Positions 43,640-57,627 of a DNA stretch of 64,000 bases are shown in pieces. The stretch is from the human T2T-CHM13v2.0 reference genome, Homo sapiens. The translations under genes were made by a program, and so were the position numbers. Location: assembly GCF_009914755.1 (NCBI RefSeq), contig NC_060934.1. One strand, written 5' to 3'. Every line of letters starts with the position of its first letter. The stretch's first letter is position 1. The notes under the pieces are model-generated. The model had not been told where the DNA came from and did not search any database. It saw only the letters and a list, made by a program, of their open reading frames with translations.

Positions 43640-44499
43640 ATCAACCGAAAGAAATAAAAATATTCTACCCCAAAATGTATTTCTTTGACATAGTTTGAGA
43701 CTGCTTGCTCAGAGACCCAGCAAACAGAAGTAACTCTGCAAAGCTGTCTTTTGTGGGGGACTTTGACACCTACAGAGAATCTAAATTGATGCAGCCAGGC
43801 CTCCCCTTGCCCCACTCTAAAAGAAAAATAATGGAGAGTTTGACACCTTTAAAGGTTTAAGAAGAAAAAAAGCATTTACCATCTATTCTTTCTTTCTCTC
43901 TCTCTCTCTTTTTTTTTTTTTTTTTTGATGGAGTTTCACTCTTGTCACCCAGGCTGGAGTACAATGGCATGATCTCGGCTCACTGCAACTTCCACCTCCC
44001 AGGTTCATGTGGTTCTTCTGCCTCAGCCTCCTAGTAGCTGGGATTACAGGCAACTGCAACCATGCCCAGTTAATTTTTGTATATTTTAGTAGAGACGGTG
44101 TTTCACCACGTTGGCCAGGCTGGTCCCAAATTCCTGTCCTCAGGTGATCCACTCGCCTTGGCCTCCCAAAGTGCTGGGATTACAGGTGTGAGCTACTGCG
44201 CCCAGCCCCATCTATTGTTTTTGAGGGCTGCTACCTTTGCTAGCCAGGCCTCCTCTTCTCTCCCTCCCATAACCTGTTCTGCCATCATTACCTGTTTCTG
44301 AACCCCCATTTTTTCTGTACATCAAGATGATATATAAGCTTCTACACTCCCCTGGTGGTTGGGGTAATCACTCTGTGGTTCTCCCTTGTGTGCATGTTTA
44401 TAAATGTTTACGCCTTTTCTTCAATTAATCAACCTTTTGTGACTTGATTTTTAAACAATCCTTTAGAGGGTGAAGGGAAAGTTCTCTCTTCACCCCTAC
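43640..44499 (+). mobile_element. MER39/MER34-family ERV1 LTR interrupted by an Alu
   Basis: 'aaaatattctaccccaaaatgtatttctttgacata...ctgcaaagctgtcttttgtggggga' through to the end 'cttcacccctaca'. Confidence 0.7.
43888..44207 (-). mobile_element. AluSq-like with TSD
   Basis: 'gatggagtttcactcttg' diagnostic; TSD CCATCTATT at 43879-43887 and 44208-44216. Confidence 0.9.
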
Positions 44500-45132
44500 A
44501 CAGTTGTGTAGGGATTCTCTTTTTTCACTGAAAACCTCACCATAGTTAACAGGCAAAAAGACACCCTGCTCATCAAAACACCAATGAGATGGTACAATGT
44601 AAAGTAGCATTATGAAAGCCACAGGCATTAACACAACAAATGTCAACAGTACAAAAATTCCACAGACCACCTAGAAGCCACCAGCCCTTGGTTACCTTGG
44701 GAAGTGTCTGCCTGTGTGATGGGTGGGGTTGGCGTCAAAGCTGGCTGAAGGCAGAGCCGGGGCTTCACAGCTTTGGAGCATTGATTCCGCACCAGACACT
44801 AGGCATACCACACATTCTTGGTATAAATGATCTCATCTAATGTACGTTTGTTCACTCTGCCTTGGCCGCACAGTCCTCCTGTTACTTGTCAAATATGCCA
44901 GCCATGTCACCACCCTTCTTCCACCTGGAATCCTCTTCCCCAGATATCTACCTTTTTCAAGTCTTTGTCCAAAATCCACAGACTCTGTCATGGCTGTCTG
45001 AATACCCGATTTAAAGATGTCCGCAGTTGCTCTCTCTTCCTATTGATTTCTTTGTGCTTGTGCTACACTTTCTTCTTTTCAGAGCTTTTATCACTTTCTA
45101 GCATCTGTCTATTTATCAGCTATATATCTATG

Positions 45133-45491
45133 TGATATGGTTTGGTTCTGTGTCCCCACCCAAATCTCATCTCGAATTGTAATCGCCACTTGTCAGAGGC
45201 CTGGTGGGAGGTGACTGGATCGTGGGGGTGGATTTCCCCTTGCTGTTCCCATGATAGTGAGTGAGTTCTCACAAGATCTGATAGTTTAAAACTGTTATTT
45301 ATATCCACTTCCTACTTCACTCTCTCTCTCCTGCTGCCACGTAAGACATGCCTTGCTTCCCCTCAGCCTTTCACCACAAGTGTAAGTTTCCTGAGGCCTC
45401 CCCAGCCATGCAGAACTGTGAGTCAATTAAACTTCTTTTCTTTATAAACTACCCAGTCTCAGGTAGTTCTTTATAGCAGTGGACTAATACA
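45133..45491 (+). mobile_element. MaLR LTR (THE1D/MSTA-like)
   Basis: 'tgatatggtttgg.tctgtgtccccacccaaatctcatc' ... 'ctgtgagtcaattaaac' ... 'ggactaataca'. Confidence 0.9.
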
Positions 45492-47026
45492 TATGTGTAT
45501 ATATATACATGCATGTATGTGTGTATGTATGTATCTATTTATCTACCTATCTATATTACTGTTTATTATCTGTCTTCCCCATTAGACTCTAAGCTCCACA
45601 AGGACAGACAGTCTCTCTCTTCCACTAGACAATGTCTAACCATGCCTGGCATTTAGTCAATAAATATTTGATGAATTAACAAAAATATGTACTAACACTA
45701 CAGTAAATTATTATTGTTATAATTATTTAACATAAATCTTCGCTAAAAAATAAATGCTTTATTCTTTAATAAAAAGAAAACAAAACAGATAAAGGAAGAA
45801 ACTGAAAATAGAGAGAAGGGGGAAAAAAAAACTCCAGGTGGCTGTTGCTGATATTTGTATCATAAAATTATGAGCTTTGTGATTAATGGAAATATAAAAG
45901 TCACATGTGTGGCTCATAAAACTGAGGCTGGGTGATTTATATCCTCAGTTATTTTCATTATCCTCCCTTTAAGTAATTGTTTTTTTTTGTAGTTTCCAAA
46001 GTTGACACCTGATATTCACTTTCCTCAATTTATCAATAGGAATCTGACATCCCAAAGGCTAATGTCTTGATTTTAAAACAGAAATCCCTTCCAAGAATTG
46101 CTCCCAAAATACATGCAGGTTGTTTCACTGCCTTGAAGAGTGAATATGCCTCTCTAATATTTATTAGGAGTTATTCTGAAAATAAACGGAATACAACAAA
46201 TCACTCCAGTTCCTTTTGCTGACAATGCCTGCAGCCTTTCTCCAGTTCCCTAGGTGCATTGGAACTGCTGTCCCCATTCAGAATTCTGCATGCAAGCCTG
46301 CAATCTCTAAAACTCTTACGCAGCAGGAAAGCACATTTAAACATTTTACCTTTGCTCCCAGTGTAACAATAGAAAAAAATTTTATATTTTTACAAGATTT
46401 TCACTCTTCTAGTACTAAAATGTTTAAATGGACTCTGCATAGAGGATCAGAGGTTTTCCAGATGGTCAGAAGATGATTATGGCAGGCAAGGAAGAAGCAG
46501 AAAAGTCATACATGACTTGATAAAACAAGATATACAGTTACCAAATGTAGTGTGTTCAAGACAGGAGACTGTGAAATCATTATATTTTCAAAAAAGAGAG
46601 AGTAAGTACATCCCTGTAGAGTCAGATCTTTGCAGTTAAGCATCAAAATCTTTATCTTTACCAGATGCATAAAATGGAAAATACAATTTTGACACAGAGA
46701 GAAGGAAACACAACCAATTTCAGTTTTACCCTCCCCTTCACAAAAAAGCAATTTGTTGTAAATGCATTTAAAGAGGCACCCTTCACCACTACTTTCAGGC
46801 AAATGACAGCAGGTTAAAATGTAAAAAGAGCTTTCAGTCCAAATCCAAAATAAGGAATAAATCCAGATAATGTCAACTCACGTGAGTAAAAAGCAAGATG
46901 ATTTCATTAGAATGATCAAAGGCAGTACAGAATTTCCATTAAAAAACGAATTTGCACGCTAAGCAAAAGTGATTTCAATTACTTCTTGCTAAAAACAAAG
47001 TAAGTTTGTAAAGTGCATACTTTGCG

Positions 47027-47744
47027 TGAAATCACCTTTGCAAAAACTGTGACAGCAAAAGAAATATGACCTAACTGACTCTATCTTGCTTCCAATCTCC
47101 AAGCTGCCCTGTTCTTTCCTGGGTGTAGGTTGAACTAAGTTTAGAAGAAATTTAGTTTATTGTTTAACTTTGAAGTAAACATGATAATAGCCCCTCCCTA
47201 AAACAAACCTCTTCTTTGATTGAGGACCACACCGCCTTTGTAAAACTAACAAATCATCCACAAGATTAAGAATTATGTCTCAGGAGTCAGGCAGCCAGAG
47301 GCCAAAAGATTCCTAACGTCTCCAATTTCTCCCATAGATAATATTACTACTATAAAACCTAAAATTGATGTTTGAGTATTTTTCAGACTCTGCATTCTGA
47401 TGGACCAGCTGGCCCCACCCAGATCAGTTAACTGGCTGATCAGGTCTTGTGGCCACCACCCAGGAACTGACACAGCCCAAGAGGACAGCTTCAACTCCCT
47501 GTGATTTCATCCCTGACCCAAACCAATCATCATTCTCCATTGCCTAGGCTCCTGCCTGCCTAAATATCTTTCAACAACCCTAGTCTCTGAATTTCAGAGA
47601 AGCTGATTTGAGTATTAGCAAAACTCTGGTCTCCTGTTTAGCCAACTCTATGTGTATTAAACTCTTTCTCTATGGCAATTCCTGTGTCTCAATAAATTGG
47701 CTCTATCTGGGTAGCAGGCAAGAAGAACCCACGGGGTGGTTACC
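47027..47744 (+). mobile_element. LTR8-family ERV1 solo LTR
   Basis: Starts 'tgaaatcacctttgcaaaa', ends 'aataaattggctctatctgggtagcaggcaagaagaaccc...ggttac'. Confidence 0.8.
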
Positions 47745-47974
47745 AGTGCTGTGAAATGTGTATCGAGCATAAGGCTAGAAAACATCCTACACCTCCAGAA
47801 AGTGGTCCTATGTCATCCATAAAAGTAAGCACAAACTCTAGTTTATTATTTTCCAATCTTACTACATTCTAAAATAACTATTTATACACCAATGTGCTGT
47901 AACTGTAAAGCAGGGATCTAAATGATGTTGACTGGGCTGACTCCATAGGTAAGGGTGTTAAGCCTGCATGGTGA

Positions 47975-48192
47975 GATATATATATATAGGGAGCGAGAGG
48001 GAGAGAGAGAGAGGGGTGGGGAGTAGAGAGAGGGAGAGAGAGGCAGAGAAGGAGAGAGAGAGTGGGGGAGGGGGAGAGAAGAGAAAGAGAGTCAGAGTCA
48101 GTCTTGCTCTGTCACCAGGCTGGGGTACAGTGGCACGATCTCGACTCACTTCAACCTCCACCTGCTGGGTTCAAGTTGTTTTTTTTTTTTTA
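47975..48192 (-). repeat. (TA)n/(GA)n tract plus truncated Alu right-arm fragment
   Basis: Simple repeats, then 'gtcttgctctgtcaccaggctggggtacagtggcacgatctc...gggttcaag'. Confidence 0.7.
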
Positions 48193-48461
48193 AATTGAAC
48201 TTGAACCCTTTCATGCTGGCAAGCATGGACTCTGGTCCTCTACAAATTCTAGCCCTTGCTACAGTTTACACATTTCCCAATGTCTGGACCTTGAGGGTTT
48301 CTGTAACCTGGAGTAATCAGAATGGGCAGAAGACATCCACAGACCTACACCTTCCCTGCCATACCAGAGCTCTCAGAACTTATGGGAAGCTCTTCTTAAA
48401 CTACTTCAAAAGCCAGTTATAAGTCAGAAATTCTTATTTTATCAGAGTCACATAGCATTTA

Positions 48462-48750
48462 TTTTTCTTTTTATTATTCTTAGAGCTGGGATCTCACTCT
48501 GTCACCCAGGCTGTAGTGCAGTAGTGCCGTAATACCTCACTGTAACCTTGAACTCCTGGGCATAAGTGATCTACCCATCTCAGCCTCCTGAGTAGTTGGG
48601 ACTACTGGCATGTGTCACCACATCTGGCTAATTTTTAGAGACAGGGTCTCATTATGTGTCCAGGATGGTCTTGAATTCCTGGCCTCAAATGATCCTCCCC
48701 CCTCCCTCCCAAAGTGCTGTGATTACAGGTGTGAACCCATGTGCCTGGCC
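48462..48750 (-). mobile_element. AluJ-like
   Basis: Antisense dimeric Alu with J-type motifs ('ccttgaactcctggg', 'ctcaaatgatcctcc'). Confidence 0.85.
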
Positions 48751-48857
48751 TCACATTGTTGTGATCAGAAATAAAATTACTCAGGTTGTTCATGCCCCAC
48801 TTTTTCAAAAGCATTTGCTGGGAAGGGCTTTGACTGGTTTCTGAAAGTCCCAAGTAT

Positions 48858-48935
48858 CTGCTAAGTATATGCATACTAAAGATAAAGGTACTGTGGCTGC
48901 TAAGTATATGCATACTAAAGATAAAGGTACTGCGG
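48858..48935. repeat. 39-bp tandem duplication (2 copies, 1 mismatch)
   Basis: ctgctaagtatatgcatactaaagataaaggtactg(t/c)gg twice. Confidence 0.95.
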
Positions 48936-49289
48936 CTCAAAGTTGTTCTTCCTTTAGGTGAAAACACGGGGTCGTGCTAGAGTCATAAGAGTCAGGGACT
49001 GGATTCCTGGTCCCTGTTTGTATGTGGATAAGTTAACTGACTTCTTTCAGTCTAATCAAAATGAGAGAAGATATCGTTTATTTAAAGATCCTGACATATA
49101 CTCCTTCAGATAAGCCTTAAATCCTCCCCCGTCCCTCCTTCTGGCTTAGGAAAACATACAACTAAAAACTACAGCCCAATCTCTGCTTGAAACTTTGCAC
49201 TGCTGAAAAAGATCTTGATATTTTGCTTATATTCTCTTTTGGTTATTAGTTATTTCTTTCCATCTTTTATATAAGTTGTGTGTGTGTGT

Positions 49290-49655
49290 GTTTTGTTTTG
49301 TTTTTGAGACAGGGTCTCACTCTGTCATCCAGGCTAGAGTGCAGTGGCGTGATCACAGCTCACTGTAGCCTTGACCTCCCTAGCTCAAATGATCCTCCCA
49401 CCTCAACCTCCCAAGTAGCTAGGACCACAGGTGTATGTTACCACATCTGGCTTTTTTTTTTCTTTTTTTCGAGACAGAGTCTCATTCTGTTGCCCAGGCT
49501 GCAGTGCAGTGGTGCAATCTTGGCTCACTGCAACCTCCGCCTCCCAGATTCAAGTGATTCTCCTGCCTCAGCCTCCTGAGTAGCTGGGACTACAGGTGCA
49601 CACCACCATGCCTGGCTAATTTTTTGTATTTTTAGTGGAGATGGGGTTTCATCAT
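49290..49655 (-). mobile_element. AluJ right arm + AluS, both truncated on the right
   Basis: AluJ-type arm at 49290-49452, then poly(T) and AluS-type sequence ending at 'ggggtttcatcat'. Confidence 0.8.
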
Positions 49656-49876
49656 CTCCACTGTGTGTCTTCTCCGCTGTGTCTCTTCTCACCTTCAGCC
49701 ACCAAACATTGAATGGTCATGTAGCTGGAGCCTCGGACACTGGCCCCTTCTGCTAGGGACCCTTAGATGGGCCTCTGAGGAGACTCTGAGTACTGTTTTC
49801 CCCAAACTGCCCCTGATAGCAGGAAGCAGTATCCTTATTCTAATGGTAGTTAGATGTACTTCTTTAGAAGGAGGAA
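49655..49876 (+). mobile_element. ERV1 internal 3' end (MER61-int-like) with polypurine tract
   Basis: 'gggacccttagatgggcctctgag...agcaggaagcagt...agttagatgtacttctttagaaggaggaa' immediately precedes the LTR TG. Confidence 0.7.
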
Positions 49877-50205
49877 TGAGGCAGCTGAGTAAAAAGGGGC
49901 CATCAGAGAATCTCCCACTGGCCTGCACACTGAGAGGAGTGTGCACTGGTGTGGGGCCTTGGGAAGTTCATGGTGCGGGGAGCCTGGCCCCTTCCCTTCC
50001 TGGGTGGAACATGGAATTCAATCTGTGAAGCGGGAAGCCTATGCTAGCAGGACTCTCAAACTGCTGAGGGGTCCTGGTTCCCCTTTATCCTTTTTGCTTA
50101 ATAAATTCCATTTTTCTCACCCTTCAAAGTGTCTGTGAGCCTAATATTTCATGACCATGTGACAAGGACCCCATCTTTAGCTGAACTAAGGAAAAGCCCT
50201 AAAAA
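49877..50205 (+). mobile_element. MER61-like 3' LTR
   Basis: 'tgaggcagc...ggagcctggccccttcccttcctgggtggaac...aataaa...gtgacaaggaccccatctttagctgaactaaggaaaag' matches the recalled MER61 LTR. Confidence 0.8.
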
Positions 50206-50463
50206 TGTCCTGTGTCTTTCAGCGCTTGTTGGGTTCACAGCCTATTAAATAAGCCAGCTGCTCTTTACCCTCCCAGACAAATCAACTTAGGGGAGGTAGC
50301 AGGGTGCGGGCCTTGGCCTGATCCCCGGCTGGGGCTGGGCTGTGATGTGGGCAGGCAAGCAGCAGACAAGACTGTATCTGCAGGTGCAGCATAGCCTCGA
50401 CCTAGGGCGGTGAGAGTTTGTGGCCAAAGCTGTGAGCAGAGGCACAGGTGGTGACAGGAGTAG

Positions 50464-50709
<246 letters not shown>

Positions 50710-52644
50710 TGACATGTGCCCTTGGCACACCTCTGGCTGCTGCTGTCCCCAAGGTCCCCCGGGAGGCATCCCCCTCTTTGAGCTCCTTTCTGTCTGTAGC
50801 TAGCTTTCCCAGGGCTGGCCAGGAACAAAGGCTGGCTCTGCCTTGCATTCCCACCCCTTAGTCTTTCTCCACAGAGTCAAGACAATTTCCTTTCACTTCC
50901 CCTCCCAAATGCCCAGTTCTTTCTCCCTCTATCATTCTCCCAGGCTGGCATGGGACCATTTATTTATGGCTTTTCTTGTCTGTAGCTCTATTTATTATCC
51001 TATGGGACTTTGTGGAGGCTTCTTTGGAATATTATCTCCCTTCTCTCAATAAAAACTCAAATATCCCAACTTTCCTGTACCAATCTCATTCTTTCTTTGT
51101 ACCTATCCAGATAGTACCTAAGTGAAGGAACTAGGTAATTTCTTGTTTCCTTTGTTAAAGTAGCTAAATCTCAGGACAATTCATACTGAAATATTTGAGG
51201 ATTTCTTATTTAAAATCAGAGTGGAGGTTGCCATGGAAAGACTATATGGTATTCTTAATGGGCTGCTTTAAGTCACCTTGATAGAAGCTGCTTAGTTTCA
51301 TCTAACTGTAATTTGAACACAGAAGGACAGAAAATGGGGGGTGCTTAAAATAATTGGGAAAGGTGTGAAATGTCATGGCCAGAGGTGCAGAAAATTGGGT
51401 GTGTTGTTGGGGGCGGGGGTTCCCCCAAAGGAGTTTACCCATGAGGCTCTGATTACTTTAAAATTCTTACTTTAACACAAAATGTGTCTCCAGATTTATT
51501 CTGGTGCCTTAACAGACTTTATTTACCTTCTTGTTCTAAAAGAGAGGTGGGGGTGGTTCGGGGTCACAAGTCTCGAAAGACATGAAACATAAATTTAGAC
51601 TTTGAATGTGTAATATAAAGATTGAAGGTTAAAATGTCAGACATTGCCTGTGTAAGAGTGTTTGTTGCCACGGCTCCTCCTTTGTCCTTCCCCCCTCTTG
51701 ACAATAGCATCTTGTTCAAAGATAAAAAATTTGGAGTTTTTCAGTCTCTAATTTGGAGAGGCAGGGGGATGGGAGGGGGTAGAAAAGAGAAAACAATTAG
51801 TTGGTATGCCTCTAAAACTTTGCAAAGAGATGAATCTAAATAAAAATAATTCTGGGTAACAATATGGTTCTTGAATAAAAAATAAATTTCAGAAATAGAA
51901 AACATTGTATTGTAAAGATATTAAATTGAGTTGGTTCATTGGTTTCATTTAAATTCCAGAGATATTATTACTGTAGAGGAAATGTATTATAGCTCTTCTA
52001 TTTAAACTTTGGTTGGGTTCTTAATTAATTTTTTAAGAGGTAGGGTAATTAAGACTCATGACGAGTGTGACTTTGTAACTTGGAAGTACTATACTCACTT
52101 TTCAAGGTATTTAAGGATCGCTTTAGAATAAACAAATATATTATGGAAATTAATTGATTATACCTTTATACACAAAGCATGTAAGTACTTGTGTGAACTT
52201 ATACTCCACTTGGTGGTGTAAGGAAAGCCTCTGAGTGATTTTCCACACCAGTTAGTAGATGGATAGTGTTGGATGAGAGCCCAACAAATGCTCTTTATTA
52301 TCATTCTTTAGGATTTCAACACAGTTTATGTATGTCTCATTTGGCCCTTTCCAATACACATAAGGCCTGTGTATGCTCTCCCTATGTACTGTTAATGAAG
52401 AAATGAAGATTTAGAGATCTCACATGACTATGGAAGACAGCTACCCAACAGAACTAAGGTTCCATGCCCTCACAATGGCATGGAAGTGACAGATATGCTG
52501 AATTTACTTTTTAAAAATTTTAAAAACTCCAGAATACATCTTGTTTGTTGCCTATAAAATAGACCAGTCTTTTAAAATGTACTTCCATGTTGATTTATTT
52601 TATGCAAAGTTGATTTTACACAACTCAAACCAACATTTACCTCT

Positions 52645-52785
52645 TCATTTTTTTTTTTTAATAAAGGAGGGTCTCACTATGTGACTCATGCTGGCCTCAA
52701 ATTCCTGACCTGAGCTCAAGGGATTTTCCCATCTCAGCCTCGTGAGTAGCTGGGACTACAGGCATGCACCATCTTGCCTTGCTCC
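52645..52785 (-). mobile_element. Alu monomer (FLAM-like)
   Basis: poly(T), then 'gggtctcactatg...ctcagcctcgtgagtagctgggactacaggcatgcacc'. Confidence 0.7.
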
Positions 52786-52919
52786 ATCTTATGTCTATAC
52801 ATTCATTTCAATGAATAAGAATAAAAGTGGAGGTAGCGAGATAGCCTAAATGCAGCAGTCGAATAAAGGAGTTGATAAATTTTTATAAATGATCACATCT
52901 TTCTTTTCTCCCTCTATAG

Positions 52920-52994
52920 GTACATCTTTGGAGTCCAACCCTTCTGCCCAACCAGAGGCAAGCACTATATTCCTGAAGAGCTCTCAAACAGATG
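52920..52994 (+). pseudogene. CCNYL2: CCNYL2-type pseudogene exon 2 (75 nt)
   Basis: Polypyrimidine tract + TAG acceptor, GTGAGA donor; encodes TSLESNPSAQPEASTIFLKSSQTD (cf. cyclin Y-like LESNPSDHPRASTIFLSKSQTD). Confidence 0.9.
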
Positions 52995-53741
52995 GTGAGA
53001 CAGCATTGTTTTTTCCCACCAAGAAAAAGAGTGAAAACCCTTGTTTGATCAGATGTATTTTAGAAAGAATTTAGAAAAACTCACATTTAAATGTTTCAAC
53101 TTTTCACGTTTACTTGTCTTATTTTAACATGTGATATACTTTCCTTTAGTTGTTACTGTGTTAGTGAAATCATGTAAACTTCTTGTTTATACATTTTGCC
53201 ATCTTTTTATCAGCACAATTAATTTGTCATGTGATGGAGGAGTCATAGGTTTATCTTTATTTATAATTCTTTGTCCGTTTTCTCTTAGTCCAAAGAGTAC
53301 ATTTTAAAGATGAATGATAGAACTTAGTCTTCAGCTTGGTTTTCATTTAAACAAGCAAAAAAAAATAGTTGTTCATCATCGGTGATTGAACCTGTGATTT
53401 TGGCCTCCTGTTACACAGTGCTCTGACCACATGCGTTTATCACATTCAAGTTTATGCTACTCAAAACGTTTAAGTTATTAACCTTTTCATTTGATGTAAT
53501 GTAAATTTAAACATGCCCTACTCCTGCTTATTTTCCTTAGTGTTATGATAAATCCTCATTTGTTTGCTAAAAAGCCATACACAGCCAAGTTTTCCAGTTG
53601 ATTTAAGCAGCAAGAATACAAGTGAGGACCTATAATAATATGGGAAGTAATGCAGCACAGTAAAATATGGGAGTGTGTAACCTTTCTTTTTGTAGTTTGA
53701 GTAGACTTTGCCTGTCTCGAGTCAGTTATTTCTGGTTAGAA

Positions 53742-54141
53742 TTTGTGTTCATTTTTGCATAACTATAAAGAGATACCTAAGGCTGGGTAATTTATAACAA
53801 AAAGAGGTTTAATTGGCTCATAGATCTTCAGGCTGTACAAACATGGCTTCAACATCTGCTTCTGGTGAGAGCCTCAGCAAGATTACAATCATGATGGAAG
53901 GCAAAGGGGAAGCAGGTGGTTCCACACTGTGAGAGAGGGAGTAGAGAGGGGAAAGGGGAAGGTGCCACACTCTTTTAAACTACCAGAATGAGAATTTGCT
54001 TGTTACCATGGGGATGACACCAAGCCATTAGTAAGGAATCCACTGCCGTTACCCAAACACCTTCCACTGAGCCCTATCTCCAATCTTAAGGGTCACATTT
54101 TAATATTAGATTTGGAGGGGGAACATATCCAATCCATATCA
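53742..54141 (-). mobile_element. MaLR LTR (MSTA/MSTB-like)
   Basis: 'ctataaagagatacctaaggctgggtaatttata...aagaggtttaattggctca' ... 'atccaatccatatca'. Confidence 0.85.
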
Positions 54142-55004
54142 GAATTGTATTTCCCAGTTCCTTCCAGAGGCATGGGCTTTCTACACCTAGAGAGCATGGA
54201 AGCAGTAAAACAATAGCTATTCCGTGTCCCTCACTCTTCAGTGGTAGGAATGTTTGCCTGCAAGGCCCTTCCAGCATCAAAGGCAGAGGCAGTGTAGGAA
54301 ACAAAGCATGGCCCAAGTCCCTGTTGGAACTTTTATTATTCTGGCCTATTTTAAGAAAAAAGTGATTTTTTTTTCTTGTGCGGCAGACACCATGTCCAAT
54401 TAGGTTTGTATAATAATTTTAAAATTCAAATTTAAGATAGGTTACAGTTGTGTAAAGACCTTTTTTTGTTTTGTTTTGTTTCATTTTGAGTGATATATTA
54501 GTAGATGACCACCACTAAGTGTGATTCAAGATGCTTACAGGGATTCTGACGCATCTAGAGATAGGTGCCTGGCCAGCAAGTAGTTCTTACAGCTGTTAGC
54601 TCTTAGAGTCTGATAATCAAAGTAAGCTATGTGTAAATGCAGAATGAGAGAATATTAATGGATCATGGATCATATATGCAACAGTTAAACTTTTTTATTA
54701 GCTAAATTTTTCATCTGGCCTAATTTTTTTGCCCTTTACTTTTGTACATGAGTATTCTTTCATTTGTATGTAATAGAAACAAAAAACTTTTGACCTAGTT
54801 TAAGGTCAAAAAGTAAAACTAAGTTTTTAGATTTTACTTTATGAGATTTATCGTGCTAGATAATTTAAATTATAAATAGCTGAAAATAATTTTTTTAAAT
54901 GGAATATTTTCTCATTTTACATACGAGTAATCAATAAGATGTTAACAACTACTTTTATTTTATGGTATTTGTATCAGAAGTGACCAGTTTTTTTTCATTC
55001 TTAG

Positions 55005-55039
55005 TACAAGAAAAAAGAAAAAGCAACTATACAAACCAT
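55005..55039 (+). pseudogene. CCNYL2: CCNYL2-type pseudogene exon 3 (35 nt)
   Basis: ttcttAG acceptor, GTAAGT donor; encodes VQEKRKSNYTNH (cf. VREKRKSNHLNH / VQEKRKSNYTKH). Confidence 0.88.
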
Positions 55040-57627
55040 GTAAGTAAACAGTCAAAATGTTAAGAAATTGATAGCTTGACATAAAAGTATGTCTCTCTTG
55101 ATTCCTTTAAATTATAATAGGTCCCAGTGGTGATAGCATGGAGATCTTTTTGTGGATTTTCTAAATCTCTTTTATTTTCCTAAGTATCAAATTTATCCAG
55201 AAAAGTCTTCAGCTTAGTGTGTCTATCTTTTAAGGATTTCTGACATTTAAGTTAAATTTCAATAGTCTGGTTGTGGTATAAAGATCTGCTTTACATATTT
55301 AATCTTATGTTTAATGAAATAACAAAAATAGAATAGCTAAATTAACTGTTAGCACTGTCTATTGACTTTCTGTCATAGCAGGTGAAAGCATACCTTCTTC
55401 ACTACACCATGACCTTATTTTTCTCCCTGTGTTTCTTCCAATTGTAACACATTTTTAAATTAAATCAGTAATACTTACACTATTATGACTATGCAAATTT
55501 TTTTCACTGCTTAGTCATTTGGTGTTTTCACTGTGCCTCTGCATTACATATCCTTCATTCTTTCTCTGAAACAGTTTTGAAATCTGAGCACTTCTGCAAT
55601 TCTCCTAGATCTTCTCTTTTTTCCTAGTCTATGTTAGTTTATCCATCCAAATATAGTAAGTAGCCTCTGTGTGCTCTGTTTGCTTTCACATCCATTATTT
55701 TTTAGCATGAAGCTAATTTTCTGATTTTATTCATTTGCCTGTTTTCTAACAGCTGTTTTCCCCCCAAGTGTTGTAGCATTTATCACATGCCTTTCAAAGA
55801 TATTTTCCACCTGCTAAAACACATCTGTTCCTTTTTTTTGGGGGGCGGGGGTGTTGGGTGACTTTATTTGGCCTTTTGTCATCCTAGTTCAATATAGAGT
55901 GCCTTTCCCTAGATATGCTCGATGTCTGCTTTTCTGTGCTAGCTCCTTAAAGTCTTTTGGAATCTCACATAACTGCCGTCTTGTGTGGGATTGCCTGAGT
56001 CCTAGATTCTGTTTCCCGCTGTCCTGTTATCCTCTCTAGTTGTACTTAAGCACATTTTCCTGGGTGGAGATGTTTAGAGATCTGGCAGGTCTTAAAATCC
56101 CTCCTCTTTGATAGAAAGTAAACCTCTAGGTTGAATCTAAATTTTATGGTTCTGAAGATATTTTGCAATTGTGCTCTCATTAAAGCGTTGCTCTTGAATC
56201 TATTGCCATTGTGTGATACATTATTTATAACCACGTTTTAAGTATCTGTGGAGGCTTTTTAGGAGCTTTTCTGTCTCTGAGATTCTGAAATTTCACAATA
56301 ACAGCTTGGTAAGGATCTTTTCATTTTATTGGGGCTACTAAGTCTGCAGACTATCACTTCTTGAGAATTTTTTAAATTTTCTCTGTTCCTTTTTTTCTGA
56401 TAGTCTTGTTATTCAGACGCTAGGCTGCTTAGACCAGTATACCTGCATTGGCTTTTAATTTTTCCCTTTCTATTATTTTCAGTTTGTCTTTTTATTCTAA
56501 TTCTGGGATATTCTGTGACTTTATCCTCTACTATTTCTATTGAATTTTATATTTTTTAAGAGTGTTTTAAGATTTTTAAAAAAGTTTTGCTCATGATTTT
56601 GACTGGTCCCATGAATCCCTTTTTTCTGTTGTTTTGATGTCTCTTGTTGGAGGCTTCCCTCCAATGTGTGGTGGTCCCTGGCTTTTTTTATTTGGAAGCA
56701 GGACTTCTGTTAACTGGTAGCACTCAGTGTGAGGTTTTGGAAGCCAAACTAGTTTCCATTTTGGGGACCTCAGTGTATTATCTGTAGATCTTTATTAGAG
56801 ACAGTTCAGTTTCTTCTGAAAATGATCTCCCAATTTCCTGCCTGGGAAGTAAAAGCATGGCTACTTGGTTTCCAAAAGCAGAGTTAGGGAAGAAAGTTGG
56901 AGTTCCATTTTTGGTTTACAGTTTTCTTGATATTTCAAGTTTAAACCGTGGTATCTCTGAGCCAGAAATTATCAGGTTTGATATATCCAGACAACACACA
57001 TCTAAGTTTCTTATCAGATGGGAGGACAGGTGGACTTGGGGCTCTGGTAAGAGATTTTCAACTGACCTTGCCGGCGTTTGTTTTACATTTTACCCCACTT
57101 TCCAAAGTGCCATTTGCCTCTAAGTTCACAGCCTGCCTTTAGTTCTGCAAGACAAACTACTTTGCTTCTCTTCCAGTCACTTTCTGTAGGCACCAAAGTT
57201 GTGCTTTGTGTTATTTACCACTCCTTTATCTACTTTCTATGTCTCAGCATTTATTAAAAATTATCTCTGTCAACCTCCTCTCCTGTTCCTGTGTGTAACC
57301 ATTATTTTATGACTAATGAGACTTCCAGAGGGAGAGAAAATAAATTTGTGGTCAATCTATTATATTTAATCCAAATTTAGGACCTACATTTAAATGTAAA
57401 TCAAAGTTTAATTTCAATATAATTAATGATATTAATCCAGACAATTTTTAAAATTATGTATCTATCATAAGCATATTATACTTATCTCCTAAAGCCTTGT
57501 TTAATATTTCCATTCAAATTTTATACACTGCCATATGATCCCATTACTTCACAACTTAGATGGAGCTGTTTTCATGAATGCCCAAAGTGTTAGAAATATT
57601 TAAGTTAATTAAGATTTGTTTATTTTT

